From contig NC_043007.1 in assembly GCF_006345805.1 (NCBI RefSeq), forward strand, positions 72,912,001 through 72,976,000: a stretch of 64,000 nt of DNA. The letters run 5' to 3'. Under the pieces are notes generated by a model. It saw only the letters and a list, made by a program, of their open reading frames with translations. It ran no database searches and was not told the DNA's origin. Position 1 is the first letter of the stretch. The number at the start of each line of letters is the position of its first letter. Shown here one piece after another: positions 1-13,190 of this stretch. The stretch comes from Octopus sinensis. Lineage: Eukaryota. The translations under genes and the position numbers were made by a program.

Positions 1-649
1 AATTGTATGGGGATTGATGTTACTAAAGTGGAAAAATCTATAGGTACCTTTGGAACTGGTAGCAAACTGTGTTTTTTTTTTATTAATAAGTCAGTGTCAC
101 TAAAGTGGAAATATCTATGGTAATTTATCATTAAAGAGAATATCTCTTATACACATGCATGCGCACCTTCATTTTGGGATCACCCCTAGGCTGCAATCCA
201 TTTCAGGAAAAGAAATTAACTAGTTAAATCACACATTACAAATGCAATCTGTTAGTGGCACAGTAAAAATATGCAAGTTTGAAATGTGACTTTATTTTTC
301 TTATCTACATTTTAACAATGGAACATTGTATCTTTGTTAGAAACCAGCTGCTTCCTTACAGGAAGATTTCAAATAGTTAAAAATAAAAAAAACACACACA
401 CATGTGCATACACTCACAAACACACACACATGTGCATACACTCACACATGTGCATACACTCACACATGTGCATACACTCACTCACACACACACGCACAAG
501 TGTATACATACACATACATTTGCATAAAGTGGTTATTTTTTATAAACAATAAAAAAACTAACAGGATATGCTTTGAACTAAAAAAAGCAAGTTGTAGATT
601 TTTATTATATTGGAGAAGCTTTGCGAACAACATTAATTTCCTAAGTTAA

Positions 650-922
650 TCAAGATACTTCGTAGTTCCAGTTTTCGTTTGGATTTCAGTTGTTTCACAG
701 CTGTTGCTTTTTCTTCTTTGTCTTAGTAGTAGTCAGGTTGTTTCTTGTATTCTTCAGTTTTCTAAAAATCAGAAAACAGTTTTTTGTTTTGCTTGTTTTT
801 CATGCCTATTTGTACCAGTTTTCCTTGCTTCTGAATTAGGTATTTTTGTAATCCTATGGTATTTATTTTATAATAATTTTCTAGCTGTATAAGGCCTCTA
901 CATTTTATATATAACTTTCTTC
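650..922 (-). mobile_element. R4/Dong-like non-LTR retrotransposon, post-RT fragment (continuation of 3098-4545)
   Basis: Minus frame reads KLYIKCRGLIQLENYYKINTIGLQKYL. This is the segment expected after RMHHPKSDI, which ends at about 3098 on the far side of the inserted transposon. Confidence 0.7.
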
Positions 923-3097
923 TGGGGTTTTCGGAAATCCACCCATCCATTAGATCACTCATGGGCATTTATTTGGATGGGTGGTTATTTGTGGTTAAAA
1001 GCTGAAACAGAGTTAGTGTTCTTGTTTGCATTGTGTTTAGATGTTCATTTGCTCTGTTCGGCACTAGCCTTATTTCGTCGGAGGAATAATGTAACACCCT
1101 GATAGTTCGTTGGCTACACCATGCCACTTATCTGATCCGATTATATTTGTCATCATTGCTACGTGATCTCATTTACCTTGAATATCTCAATTTGTAACAC
1201 AAGTTCTTATTGAACGCCGATATCCTGGGAATAACCACTGTCTTGCTGTTAATGTTCTTTACGTGTGTCACTAGTAATTATCTCATTGCAAGCTTCACTA
1301 TGTTATTGTACAGTAAATAGTCTGTAGATAAATTTAAAGGATTTTTTATTCCCAATAATGGAGTCAAAACAAAATATATCAAACATGTTTAACGATCATA
1401 TACCATTAGTAAAAAATTGAGAGCTACTAAACGAGTGAAAGAACATTCTGGCAATTTATCTGCTGCGTCAAGAGACTTAGGTATTGATAGGAAACGATTG
1501 AGAGAATGGTGCACAAAAGAAACTGAGTTAATCAATATGTCAGACAAGAGGAGGCGCAGATCAATTGGTGGAGGTAGAGGACCAACACATAGAGATCTAG
1601 AGATTGAACTCTTACAGTGGATTGTTGTTCTGCATACAAACAATATAATAATAAATTATTGCCATTTATGGAAATATGTTTTTGAATTGGTAAAAAGGTT
1701 TGGAATTGAAATGAACAGCTTTAGATGTTCTGATAAATGGATTTTCAATTTCATGAAATGGAATAAACTGACTGTGAGAAAGATTACACATGTTGGTCAA
1801 GCAGACAATAAAACACTTGGAGAACAGGTACAAATCGCCAGTGACTGTCTAGATAGCATTCCAGTATTAACAGCAGATAAGGATGCTGACCAGATTTATA
1901 ATATGAATGAAACCCCTGTATACGTTGACATGCTGAATTCAACAACCATAGACTTTGTTGGCAATAAAAATGTAGGTGCTAGCCACTGTGATGTTACCAA
2001 AGCTTGTTTTACTGCTGTGTTGTGTGTTAATGCTGAAGGAAGGGTGTTGAAAAAAAAATGATTATCCTTAAAGGATTGAAAAACGTGCCTAAAATCAAGG
2101 TCCCAAAGAATGTTTACTTAACTGTCTCCAACAAGGAATCATTCCCATATGAACTCATGCAGCTGTGGACTGACAAAGTGCTTGGGCAGAGAACAGCACA
2201 ACTATTCCATGCTCAAAATTCAGGGCTATTCATGGATGAATGCTCAGTGCACAAGAAAACAAAGCTCCTAGAAGTGTTCAAACGTAGGAATACAATTCTC
2301 AAACTTATATCTCCTAAAACATCTTACTTGTAGCCGTTAGATGTATCAGTTATTGGTCCTTTCAAGAAAGTCCTTCATGCAGAATGAGAGAATTGGTTTT
2401 CAAAGGCAAAAAGGGAGTATACAAATAAAGGATATCGCAAAAAACTTTCTTGTCAGGAGATAGTGAACTTTGTGACCCAAGCTGTTGCCACTTTAAATAG
2501 AGAAACTATAAAGCATGCTTTTGAATGTTGTGGAATTGCTCCTCATGGACAGACTGTAGAACATAGTCTCTTAAGCTCACTCTTACAGGATGTTTTGTCT
2601 GGCCTTGAGGTAAATGCGCCAGATGCACATAATGACAAAATTGAAGAAGATGGGATACAAGTAAGTGAATTAGCTCTGATGTGAATTATGACCAAGCAAC
2701 AAATGAAGAAATTTGTGATATTTAACCATAAATGCCCAAGGACATTATTTGGTCATACGAGGCTTCCATTCATGTTTTCAACAGTTTAATTTTCAGTATT
2801 TCCTAATAGATCCATTGTTAACTTGAGAATATTTTTTAATATGCTACTTCTTTTAAGGCTGTTTCACTTTCTTTATGTCTATATATCTGATAACTGAAAC
2901 GATAGAAGTTCAATGGAATTGTATAAAATAAATATGGTTTTTGAGAATATCTTTGTTTTTCCTAGGTGAAATATTTTACTTCCATATTACCACCCATAAG
3001 CACTTATTATAGGTGGGCAGTTATTTAAACTGAAAACTAGTTTTATAAAATAAAATTTTCGATTTAACAGCTCTGGGTGGATTTTTTGAAAACCCCA
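923..3097 (+). mobile_element. pogo/Tigger-like DNA transposon with decayed transposase
   Basis: ORFs 1417-2684 show an N-terminal HTH (NLSAASRDLGIDRKRLREWC), a CENP-B-type HTH (ELLQWI...CSDKWIFNFMKWNKLTVRK) and DDE_1 pieces (IYNMNETPV, LFMDECSVH, YL*PLDVSVIGPFK). Inverted repeats TGGGGTTTTCGGAAATCCACCCA (923-945) and TGGGTGGATTTTTTGAAAACCCCA (3074-3097). Confidence 0.8.
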
Positions 3098-4545
3098 TTA
3101 TGTCAGATTTTGGGTGGTGCATCCTAAATTCTGTCATCATTATTATTGATTTCTTGTCTAGTTTGGTTTGTTCATTTAGAGTTCAATTAAGAATATTGTA
3201 GCTGTAACTTATAACTGGGATGGCAAGAGTGTTGATACTTATTATCTTGATTTTCACATTGAGTTCTGTTTTAAGTATTATTGTAACTCTTCTATAGTAT
3301 TCCTTTCTTATCTTCTCTTTCATTTGTGTGTTATACCATATTTAGTTCATTGATTCCTAAATATTCGTATTGTCTGGTTTTGGTCTAATTCTCTTATTTC
3401 ATTTGCTTTATCTAGGGTGATATTGTTACTCCTAACTAGTTTTCCACTTTTGATGGTTGCTTTGGTATTTTTTCTAAGCTGAATTTTATGTTTATTTCTT
3501 TCATAAATTCATGCACTGTTTGTAGTAATGTTTCCAGCCGTTTGTCATTTGCAGCATACAGTTTTAGATCATCCATATACAAGAGATGGTCAATTGTTTT
3601 ACTGTAGCAGATGTATCCATATCCAGTTTTCTTCAGCATGTCAGATAAATGCATCAGTGTCAAGCAGAAAAGGAGTGGAGAGAGTATGTTTCCTTGGAAT
3701 ATTCCTCTTCTAATTGGGATGGCTTTAGTTTTTATGAGTCTCTCTTTTGTCTGGAGCTGTGGTACTATTTGCCATTTATTCATGGAATGTTTTATATATT
3801 TTATGATTATTGGTACTACCTTGTTCATAGCTAATGTTTCCAGGATCCATGTGTGGGGGAATACTGTTAAAAGACTTTTGATAATCGATCCAAGCCATGC
3901 TTAGACCCTTATTTTTTCTTTTGGTTGTCTTCAGTTATGGTTTTATTGATCAATAAATGATATTTTCATTCATATGAGCCCTTGCAGCATCCCTTCTGAT
4001 CTTCTGGAAACATGTTGCTTCCTTCCAGATGTTTGTCCATTCTCTGTGATATTATTGCAGTTAAGGTTTTGTACATTGTAAGGAGACAAGTTATCAGTCT
4101 GTAGTTTTGTGGGTTTGCTGGTTCAGTGGATTTGAGAATTAGGATAGTTTTCCCTTCTGTGAGCCATTCAGACATTGTCCTTGGCTCCACTGGTATCTCA
4201 TTAAATTTCTCAGTCAGCATCTTATGTATTCCTATTTTAACCAGAAATTGGTGATCTTGTGTCTAGGTGCCTTCCAGTTGCTTAGTTTTTGCAGTGCCTG
4301 AGTGACATCTTCTTTTGTTAGAGGAGTCCAGAGTTGTTCAGATGTTGTGTTTGTTATTTTGATAGATCATTTCCGAGGCTGTTCCTTTACCAACCATACT
4401 TCTTTCCAAAATTCTTTCACTATTTCTGCTGTTGGTGCTGCATTGATCTCTGTTTTATTTTTGCCAAGTTCTTGGTAGAATCTTTTTGGATTGGTGTTGA
4501 ACTGTTTTTGTTTTGTTCAAAGACCGTTTGGCCATAATGTGAGTA
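3098..4545 (-). mobile_element. R4/Dong-like non-LTR retrotransposon RT region, decayed
   Basis: Motifs QNYRLITCLLTMYKTLT, FPEDQKGCCKGS, IRRGIFQGNILSPLLFCL and HLLYMDDLKLYA, with stops and frameshifts. Confidence 0.85.
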
Positions 4546-4907
4546 CAGACAAACAAATGGACGGACATTACGCCAGTTATAGTATGATTATTATTATTAT
4601 TATTATCAAAGAAATGTCATTTAAAACTTGGTAAACATTTTTGTTTTCAAGTAGCATTTGTTTCCTAGATGTATGATCACAGGATTGTAATATGGTATGA
4701 TTCATGTATACACACACACACACACACACACACATATTGTAATAAGGCATGATTCACGTATATATACATGAATCATGTATACACATATATAATCCTGTAA
4801 TTATAAATCTAGGAAGCAGCTGCTACTTAAAAACTGAATTGTTTACCAAGTTTTAAGACATTTCCTTAATAATAGTAATAATAATAAAAATAATGATGAT
4901 GGTGATG

Positions 4908-4952
<45 letters not shown>

Positions 4953-5496
4953 TAATAATAATAATAATAAAAAGATTATTCACAAAAACTACCAGGCTAA
5001 TATTCTTCAAAATGGTTCTAACCCTAAATGCAGATTCTGTGACACATTTGACGAAACAATAGACCATCTCATCTCCTTATTTGAGTAGGATGGAGTACTT
5101 AACCCGAAGAAAATTTTAACTGGGCCCCACCTGCAGGGTCATGCACTGTTTATCTTGATATAAGATCACCATGTTGTGCACATATAGTTGTGATACATGT
5201 ACCTGGTGTACTCTTATCAGACAGGTAGTCATGATGCATATACTGGGCTTCATATATTTTACCCCAGTGTTACTTTGATGGTATGCACTGCTCTCTCACT
5301 CAATAATAATAATAATAATTAGAGTACTCAGAGAGCGCAAACTTCCGGCAAGGCAACACCAACGTCCTCTCAACGATTAGCCAGAGATGATTTTTAAAAT
5401 GTGAATATCTGAAACTTGACTGCTCCCACAAACGAGAAAAATAATTATAATAATAATAATAAAAAATAAAAAAAAGTTACTGAAACCTATTTGAAA

Positions 5497-5586
5497 ATGA
5501 TTCCAGGCTCACCATCCCTACAGGAAGTGCAAAAAATCGTATTAACTGGAACGGCTCATGTACTGAGAAGAGCACTATCGCTGTGA
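5497..5586 (+). mobile_element. C-terminal fragment of an R4/Dong-like ORF
   Basis: Reads MIPGSPSLQEVQKIVLTGTAHVLRRALSL*, resembling the QKxxxLGTAxxLRxxL terminus of these elements; flanked by (TAA)n tracts. Confidence 0.55.
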
Positions 5587-5758
5587 AAATAACATCCATC
5601 CATGAATTTATTTATTTATTAATTTTTAAATACATATTTTATCTATGAATTTGCATGTGTAATCTGGGAATGCATACAATGCCCTTCTCTGCCCTATGTG
5701 TATGGAAAACACTCGGCGAGAAACAGAAGAAAATTTGAAGAAAGAAGAAAAAAAAAAA

Positions 5759-5799
<41 letters not shown>

Positions 5800-6157
5800 T
5801 AATAATAATGTGGACAACACTTGTAATAAGGTCATTTGAAATATTTCCGTCAAAAGTTGGAATTATTAGGCAACTATTCTCACTGGGCATGATATTAAAC
5901 CACAATCTAGGGTTCCCTTGAGGAAGGATAGCCTTTTATTAGCTCCCCATGCCAGAGTTACAGTGAAGCTATTGACAGGACAATAAATTTCATAAGAGGC
6001 TGGAGAAATGGCACTCACATGTTTTTTTTATCAATGTCTGGCAAAATACAGAGTACCTGTAATTTATACAGCAGACATTAATTGCCTAATTAGTTGGCAC
6101 TGTGAATTAGGAAGGGAACTTCAGAGTGCCACTTCTCTCATGTTGTCCCCTACTCAC

Positions 6158-6320
6158 CTTCTATGGAATTACTGACAACACTGAGATTTCCGACCATATC
6201 GTTGCACGAGTCACCAAGGAGCACATTGGACAATGGATGACAGACGGGTAATGATAAATATGGGAGTGGGAAATACCTTAGACCTAAGTTCAGAATTGGA
6301 ACACGAAACACAGGAAAATA
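6158..6320 (-). other. Candidate orphan exon (163 nt)
   Basis: Acceptor gttctttcag and donor GAAG|gtgagt bracket a stop-free phase-0 frame (YFPVFRVP...SNSIE). No recognisable domain or partner exon. Confidence 0.3.
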
Positions 6321-7933
6321 CTGAAAGAACTTCACATGATAAATATTATAATCACAATATAATCCTCAATGGCACTTCTTTATAAAGCTGCCCTTATCCA
6401 TACCAGAGCAGTCTTCTCTCTTGTACATTACATCTGATGAGCAATTTTTCTCTCAACACATTTGCATTTTCTCTCAACTCATTTGCATATGCTTATTTAA
6501 TTTCTTTCTAACCTTTGCATGTCCCCTGCATTCATGGCTTAGGTTTTACTACCTTGTAGCATTACTCCTCATACATGTACTCACATAAATTCATATATAT
6601 ATATGTGACCACATGTGTACCGTTGGCGATTTTTTTTTTCCTCCGTCTTCCCTTCTCTGGATCTTTCCTTTTCCTATGTTTCTGACGAAGAGCTCCACTC
6701 GAAACGTTAAGAAATAATAATGTACTCTTTATAAGTATTGATTGACAAATATGAATTACTAATTTTTTATTTGTTAACAATAATTTAGAAACTTACATTT
6801 ATTTAATTATTATTATTTTATAATTCTTATATCTGGACGTAAATTGTAAAATATTAGTTTGTCACTTTGTGATTTAGATTGTAAAAATGCTTTAGTATAA
6901 CTAGAGGTTTTTATTATATTTCTAGTATTATTAAATTTAATAATAATAATAATAACAATAATAATAATAATAAGTACTTTTTTTGCAAATAATTTTATAA
7001 ATGATAAGTTATACGTTTTTAGTTTTGGTATTTTTTATTTTTTATTTCATATATATTTTCGGAATGATATCTATAATATTTATTTAAGAAATAATGGAGT
7101 AATTTATTTATTTATTTATGTTTATTGATTGAAAAAATATGGATTTCTAATTGCTATATTTGTTGATTATAATTTAGATACGTACTTTTATAAAATTTTA
7201 TAATTTTTTAAATTTTATAATTATTATATGTGAACTAAAATCTAAAAATATTAAGTGTGATTGTTTTGTAAAATAGTTTGGTAATTAAATATTAGAGTAT
7301 AGCTAGGTTAAAGATATTCTATAGTTTATTAATATTTTTTATTAAAGCTAAATTATATCTTCACAGATAAATACATTTTTCTATCTATTTTCTCTATTTT
7401 TTTACCTTAAATATTTAATATGATAAATGTATTATAGACACCTGGTCCTAATGTTTTAACTTTCAAATTTAGTTAATGGAGTTTCTTCTATAAGAATAAT
7501 CATAATGTTATGAAATATTGTTTAATTCTATTTGCTTATTTATTTAATTATTATTGTTATTATTGTTGACCCGAGGAGTGATTATAATTTTAAATTGAAT
7601 TGTTTTTTGATTAAATTTAAATTTAATTGTAATTCAAATTTTAATTATAGCCATGAAACATATGTAGTCTTTTTACTTATTATATATTGTTTATTCATTT
7701 TTGTACTTTTTGTGATCTAGTTATATGTTTTAAAATATATTTTATCTTTTATTTATGATTTGGTTTATGTCTATCATGTTTTGAATTGCATAATAGTGGT
7801 TTTTCTCTAATTTATATATACATATGAATATATATAAACATACATATATATATATACATATATATATACATACATACATATACATATATAAATATACAAA
7901 CATATATATACATATATATATATATATACAAAC

Positions 7934-7988
<55 letters not shown>

Positions 7989-8009
7989 AACATATATATA
8001 CATATATAT

Positions 8010-10760
8010 GATTGATTGATTCTAGTTTCAGCTCATGAGCTGTGGCCATGCTGGGGCACCGCCATTTGGTGTTGCTACTTGGCTTTACTTCACGAACGCT
8101 TTTTAGCAACTACCATTTGGTGCATGAGAGAGTTCGATGCAGCTGCCCTCATCTGCACCTCCTGCTGTGAAGTTGGTTCATCTTGGACACCTGACAGGAA
8201 GAGATCCAGTTTCATTTTAAAGACATCTGCATCCACCCCATGCAGGTCTCTCAGGTTCTTCGGGAGGATATTGAAGAGCTGTGGGCCTCAGAAGCCCAGG
8301 CTATCACAGTATCTTGTCCTACATCTTGATGGCAAATTTGGAGTCCTAGGCACCACGCAGTGGCGCCCAGTTCTGGCATTTGTGTAACTCTCGATGCCAA
8401 AGTTTGGGACACGTCCCTCCAGGATCTTCCAGATGTATATTATGGCATATCTTTCCCGCCTACGCTCCAAGGAATATAGTTTTAATCTCTTGAGTCTTTC
8501 CCAGTAGCTTACATTCTGCATAGAGGCTATCTTCTTCATGTAGCTACGCTGGATCGCCTCGAGCTCTGTGATCAACTTGACACTGAATGGTGACCATAAC
8601 TGAGAGCAATAGTCAAAGTGGCTTAGGACAAGTGTCCTCCAGAGGACCATCATGGTTTCTTGTTCTCTTGTTCTAAAGGTTCTGAGAATCCATCCGGCCA
8701 GTCGTCTACATTTCATTGCCAATTTAGCAACATGTACATGAAAGGTTGCGTCATCACTCATGTAAATACCCAGGTCACGCACTGATTGTGCCTCTGGGAC
8801 CGCCATTCCTCCAGGTCCAGTGTATTCATTGGGTATTGCATTTAGTTTTGCATGCTGATAGTATAAAGCTTGAAACTTTTCAGCATTGAACTGCATGCTA
8901 TTCTTTTCAGCCCACTTGTATATTTTGTCCAGCTCACATTGCAGGTGTTTAGTGTCCTCAGGGTTCTGTATTGCCTGTGAAACTTTTGTATCATCTGCAT
9001 AACTTGTGATCGTGGCTCTCTGCGTGGCTGATGTCATGTCTGAGAGGGCCATTATGAACAGTAGTGGTCCCAGAACAGTGCCCTGCGGAACACCGCTCAC
9101 TATTTGCGTGTTAATGGAAGTGGCCCCATTGGCTACTACCACCTGACTTCTATCTTTCAGAAAGTCATGAAGCCATTCTCCCAGTTTTCCAACTATGTTG
9201 AGATCACGCAGTTTGTGACATATCATTCCATGATCGACTTTATCAAAGGCCTTTGCAAAGTCGAGATATATCACTTCCACATTTGAGTGGTTGAGCAGCC
9301 GTTTCAGCACCCAGTCATAGTGTTGTAGGAGCTGAGTTAAACAGCTTCTCCCTGGTCGGAAACCATGTTGGGTGTCGGGCAGCAAGTCATTTTCTTCAAG
9401 GAAGGTGATCAGTTTCCTTCTGACTATTCGTTCCATGACCTTGCTGATGTGAGGTCAGAGAGATAGGTCTGTAGTTCTTGGCCTCCGCTCTGCTACCTCC
9501 TTTATGAATGGGGCATATTTTACCTTCCTTCAGTTTTCTTGGAAGTTTGCCAGCTGCAAGGAAGCTCTGAAAGAGGAACTGCAGTGGTCTTGCTAGGACT
9601 CTCTTACATGCTTTTAGGAGGATTGCCGGGAATCCATCGGGGCCAGTAGCTGAGTCTGTTTTCATTTCATCTATAGCCTTTATTACATCGTCTTCCTTTA
9701 TATCGATGTAATCTATCGTCGCCGCCTCTGATTTTATATCTGCAGTGGTAAAGAAGTCAGTTGGATTGGTGATTTGGAGATGCCCATGGGGTGGAGTGAA
9801 AACACTCTTGAATTGCTCATTCAGTATTTCACTTACCCTCATTGGTTTTCCTGTAAGTGTGCCATCCTTTTCAAGGAGTGGCCCTATTCTACAGTGCACC
9901 GTAGCTGTTTCTTTGGCATACCTGTAGAAAGCTCTGGGGTTAGATTTTATGTTGTCTATAGCCCAGGCTTCTTTGTCTGCTCTTTCCTTTTCATGGGAGA
10001 GTTGCAGACATTTTTCAATTTCCAACAGTTTTATTTTCAGGCGGAACTTTTCACTGCTTTCAATCTGTTTGTTTAGGCGATTTGAAATTTTTGTACGCCG
10101 TCTCATTAAAATTTTCCTCTCTCTGGGGATTTTGTTCTTGTGTACAGTGGCCTTTCTCTCTGGGACACATTTGTAGCATATGGCTTGCATTACAGACATG
10201 AATTGTTGAAGTTTCACATCGATGTCTGGCGAGGAGAGACATTTAGGCCAGTTTTGTTTGAGGATCTCTTTCTCAATTTGTTTCCAGTTTGCCTTATGGT
10301 AGTTCAAGCTGGAAAGATTCTGAGGGTTTCTTGTAGGCTGCATGTCTGTGCTCTCTTTTGGTCCGTACATGGTCAGCTCTACCATGTTGTGATCCGAGAG
10401 TAGTGTCGGTGTCACTTTCACATTATGGATGAGATCCATGTCATTTGTGAAGCAGAGATCCAGTGTGTTACCTGCCCTGGTTGGTTGGAGTATTACTTGC
10501 TCCATGTACAGGGTGTTGATGAGGTTCAGGAGGGACCTCGCCTGTCCTCGTTCACATCTTGTCATTCCTGGGAGAGAAAGGCCCTCGGGCCATCTGACAT
10601 TGGGTAGATTGAAGTCTCCCATAAGAAGTACACTTATGTGTTGTTCTAATGTGATTAGAACTTCTTCTATTTTTATAAGGCAGTCTTCAAACTTGCCCAC
10701 ATGGCTTGGGGCATCTGGAGGGCGATATGTAGCACACACAACTACATCAAGTTGCCTTAT
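8010..10760 (-). mobile_element. CR1/L2-like LINE, 5'-truncated ORF2 (partial APE endonuclease + RT) with intact 3' end
   Basis: Motifs [69 protein letters not shown]. One frameshift near 9436 separates the two ORFs. Ends in a hairpin plus (AATC)n tail at about 8010-8045. Confidence 0.93.
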
Positions 10761-10803
10761 ATGTACATATATATACAAACATATATATACATGTATATAT
10801 ATA

Positions 10804-10849
<46 letters not shown>

Positions 10850-11029
10850 ATACAAATATATACATATATATATATATATACATATATATATACACATACA
10901 TATATATATACAAATATATATATACATATATACATATTCTTTTATATGTTTCAGTCCAATGACTGGGACCATGCTGGAGTACTGCCATTGTGATCATCTT
11001 TCCACAATCCACCTTTGTCAGAGCAGCTT

Positions 11030-11720
11030 CTGGTGAAGGATGGAGTTCAATGCTACTGCCCTCTTTTGTGTTTCTTGCTTAGATATTGGCTCATCTGGGA
11101 TCTCGGTGAGCCAGAGGTCAAGTTCACGTTTGAAAACATCAACATCCACTTCATGGAGGCTCCTCAGATGCTTCGGCAGACAGTTAAACAGCTGTGGACA
11201 CTTGAAACCCAAGCTATTGCAGTAAATCGTCGTTGCCTGAGATGAAGCAGTCGGCACAGTGGAGAGAGCACAGTAATGTCCTGTTTGTGGTCTGGTATAG
11301 CTTTTTATTCCAAAGTTTGGTACCAGTCCTTCCAGTATCTTCCATATATATATCACTGCATACCTCTCCTGCCTTCGTTCCGGGGAATAGAGTCATAGCC
11401 CTTTCAATGTGTCCCAGTAGCTCAGTCGTTCCATTGATGCTATTTTCTTTGTGTAATGTTGTTGGACTGCTTCAAGCTCTGCTATCGTCCTTGTATTTTA
11501 AGGTGACCATAGCTGAGAGCAGTAGTCCAGTTGGCTGAGGATAAATGACTTCCATAGTGTCATCATAGTGTTCTGGATACTGCTACCATTTTGTTGATAT
11601 GTGTGTGAAATGAGGCATTGTTGCTTATTTCTACTCCAAGATCACACACCATATTTAATTCTGGGATCGTTACTCCATTTGGTCCAACGTACTGGTGTTG
11701 TGATTCCTGAGCAGTGCTTA
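11030..11720 (-). mobile_element. Second, more decayed CR1/L2-like 3' fragment
   Basis: IYIWKILEGLVPNFGI...CNSLGFKCPQLFNCLPKHLR, related to the C-terminus of the 8010-10760 element. Confidence 0.8.
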
Positions 11721-11814
11721 ACTGGTAGCGGAGGTCTAGAACATTTACATGTTAATGGAAGGATGATATTTTGAAAACAAAAGTGTTTAATATTTGATTT
11801 CATATATATATATA

Positions 11815-12594
11815 CAGACATGCAGGAAGTAAATAGACACCTTTAATTTTCTAAATTTCTGATCTAAGTGTTTTAATATGTTTTCAGCAGTGTAGAATTT
11901 ACAATGTAATTATTTTTTTGCATTCCAGGTGCCATTATATTAAACATTTGCGAAGAGTAACTATGCCATGCACAAAAAATTCAGCAGAACTGTCAGATTT
12001 TCAAAGAGATCATATTGTTGGGCAATCTGAGGTTGGTCTTAGCCAGCAAAAAATTGCCAAAAATCTTCAAATTCCTCTTGCTACTGTTAATAGAATTATA
12101 GTGCAATTCAAAAGCCAAGGAAAAGAATCAACAGATTCTCGTCCTGGCTGACCTAGGCCCTTGGAAAGGAAGCTTCACTGTTTGAAGAGAAAGGTGGGAA
12201 ACGAACCCCTTTCGAAGGCTTCTGACATTGCAAGTTAGTCCAAGAACGTGTGTTACATATCTGCATAAGCTTGGGTATTATTGATGAGCAGCTAGATGAA
12301 AACCTCTCCTTCAACCAATTAATATCATGAAAAGAAAGAAATGGCTTAAGGGGATGTCAGAAAAATCCAGTTCATTTTGGGATAGAGTGATTTTCTCAGA
12401 TGAATCCAGATTTGCATTATTTTCAGACAGTGGACATGTTTGTGTCTAGAGGCTTCCCAATCTGCAAAGGGAATGTCAACTAAATACTAAAGTATTGAGT
12501 CCTACCTATCGATTATATTTCAATTGTTTGCTTTGCCTATGAAATAAAAGATTTTGAAATTTGAAGCTGTCTATTTATTTCCTGCATATCTCTG
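11815..12594 (+). mobile_element. Internally deleted Tc1-like transposon
   Basis: TIRs CAGACATGCAGGAAGTAAATAGACA and TGTCTATTTATTTCCTGCATATCTCTG, with TA on the left. Paired-like HTH ([12 protein letters not shown]...[20 protein letters not shown]) and WDRVIFSDESRF first-D motif; rest of the DDE domain is missing. Confidence 0.85.
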
Positions 12595-13190
12595 TGTGTG
12601 TGTGTGTGTATAAAGATATATTTGTGTGTGTATATGTGAAACTGATAAACTAAATGCAATATCCATTCAAAATTTGCAGTTTTATTTGGATTAAATGACC
12701 TGCATCTTCAGAGCATATCATCTGAATGCAGTTGGCCTGCCGTTCATGTTTGTGAGTATCACTAACTACCAATCTGTTGTTTTACTGTCTTTATCCTAGT
12801 GTGACCAATGAGACACAGTGCATTTTATTGTATGTAAAATTAAGTTATATAATTAGGTGAAATTCAATAAGATGATATTCTAGGCTTGAAAACAGAAAAG
12901 GGAAGAAGAGAAAGAAACTGAGACGTAAGTCATATTTCATTATATAATGAGATAACTTTATTGCTAATGATAATTTCATTTCCAGTGATATGTGAAAATG
13001 AATAACAATGGTAAAAGTATAAAAATGTAAACCTCTTAAAGATTACAAGCTTAAGTGTCTTCTGGAAATGGTTTACAAGTAAAATATATGTATGATGAAA
13101 AGTATGTAATTAACAATGTGTAATGAAAAAATTTTAATTATTCATATATCTGAAAATATAAAATCTAACCAATTCATAAAAATAAATGTT

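Noticed and set aside
6677-6712. Hammerhead-like CTGACGAAGAG..CTCGAAACGTT
   Set aside because: Extra base before stem II and poor stem I; probably a Penelope-derived remnant, not supportable as active.
6780-7740. Possible mitochondrial insertion in a very AT-rich tract
   Set aside because: No recognisable mitochondrial rRNA, tRNA or protein motif.
12710-13010. Cluster of small plus-strand exon-like segments
   Set aside because: Implied introns are only about 48-61 nt and the frame hits stops at the first junctions.
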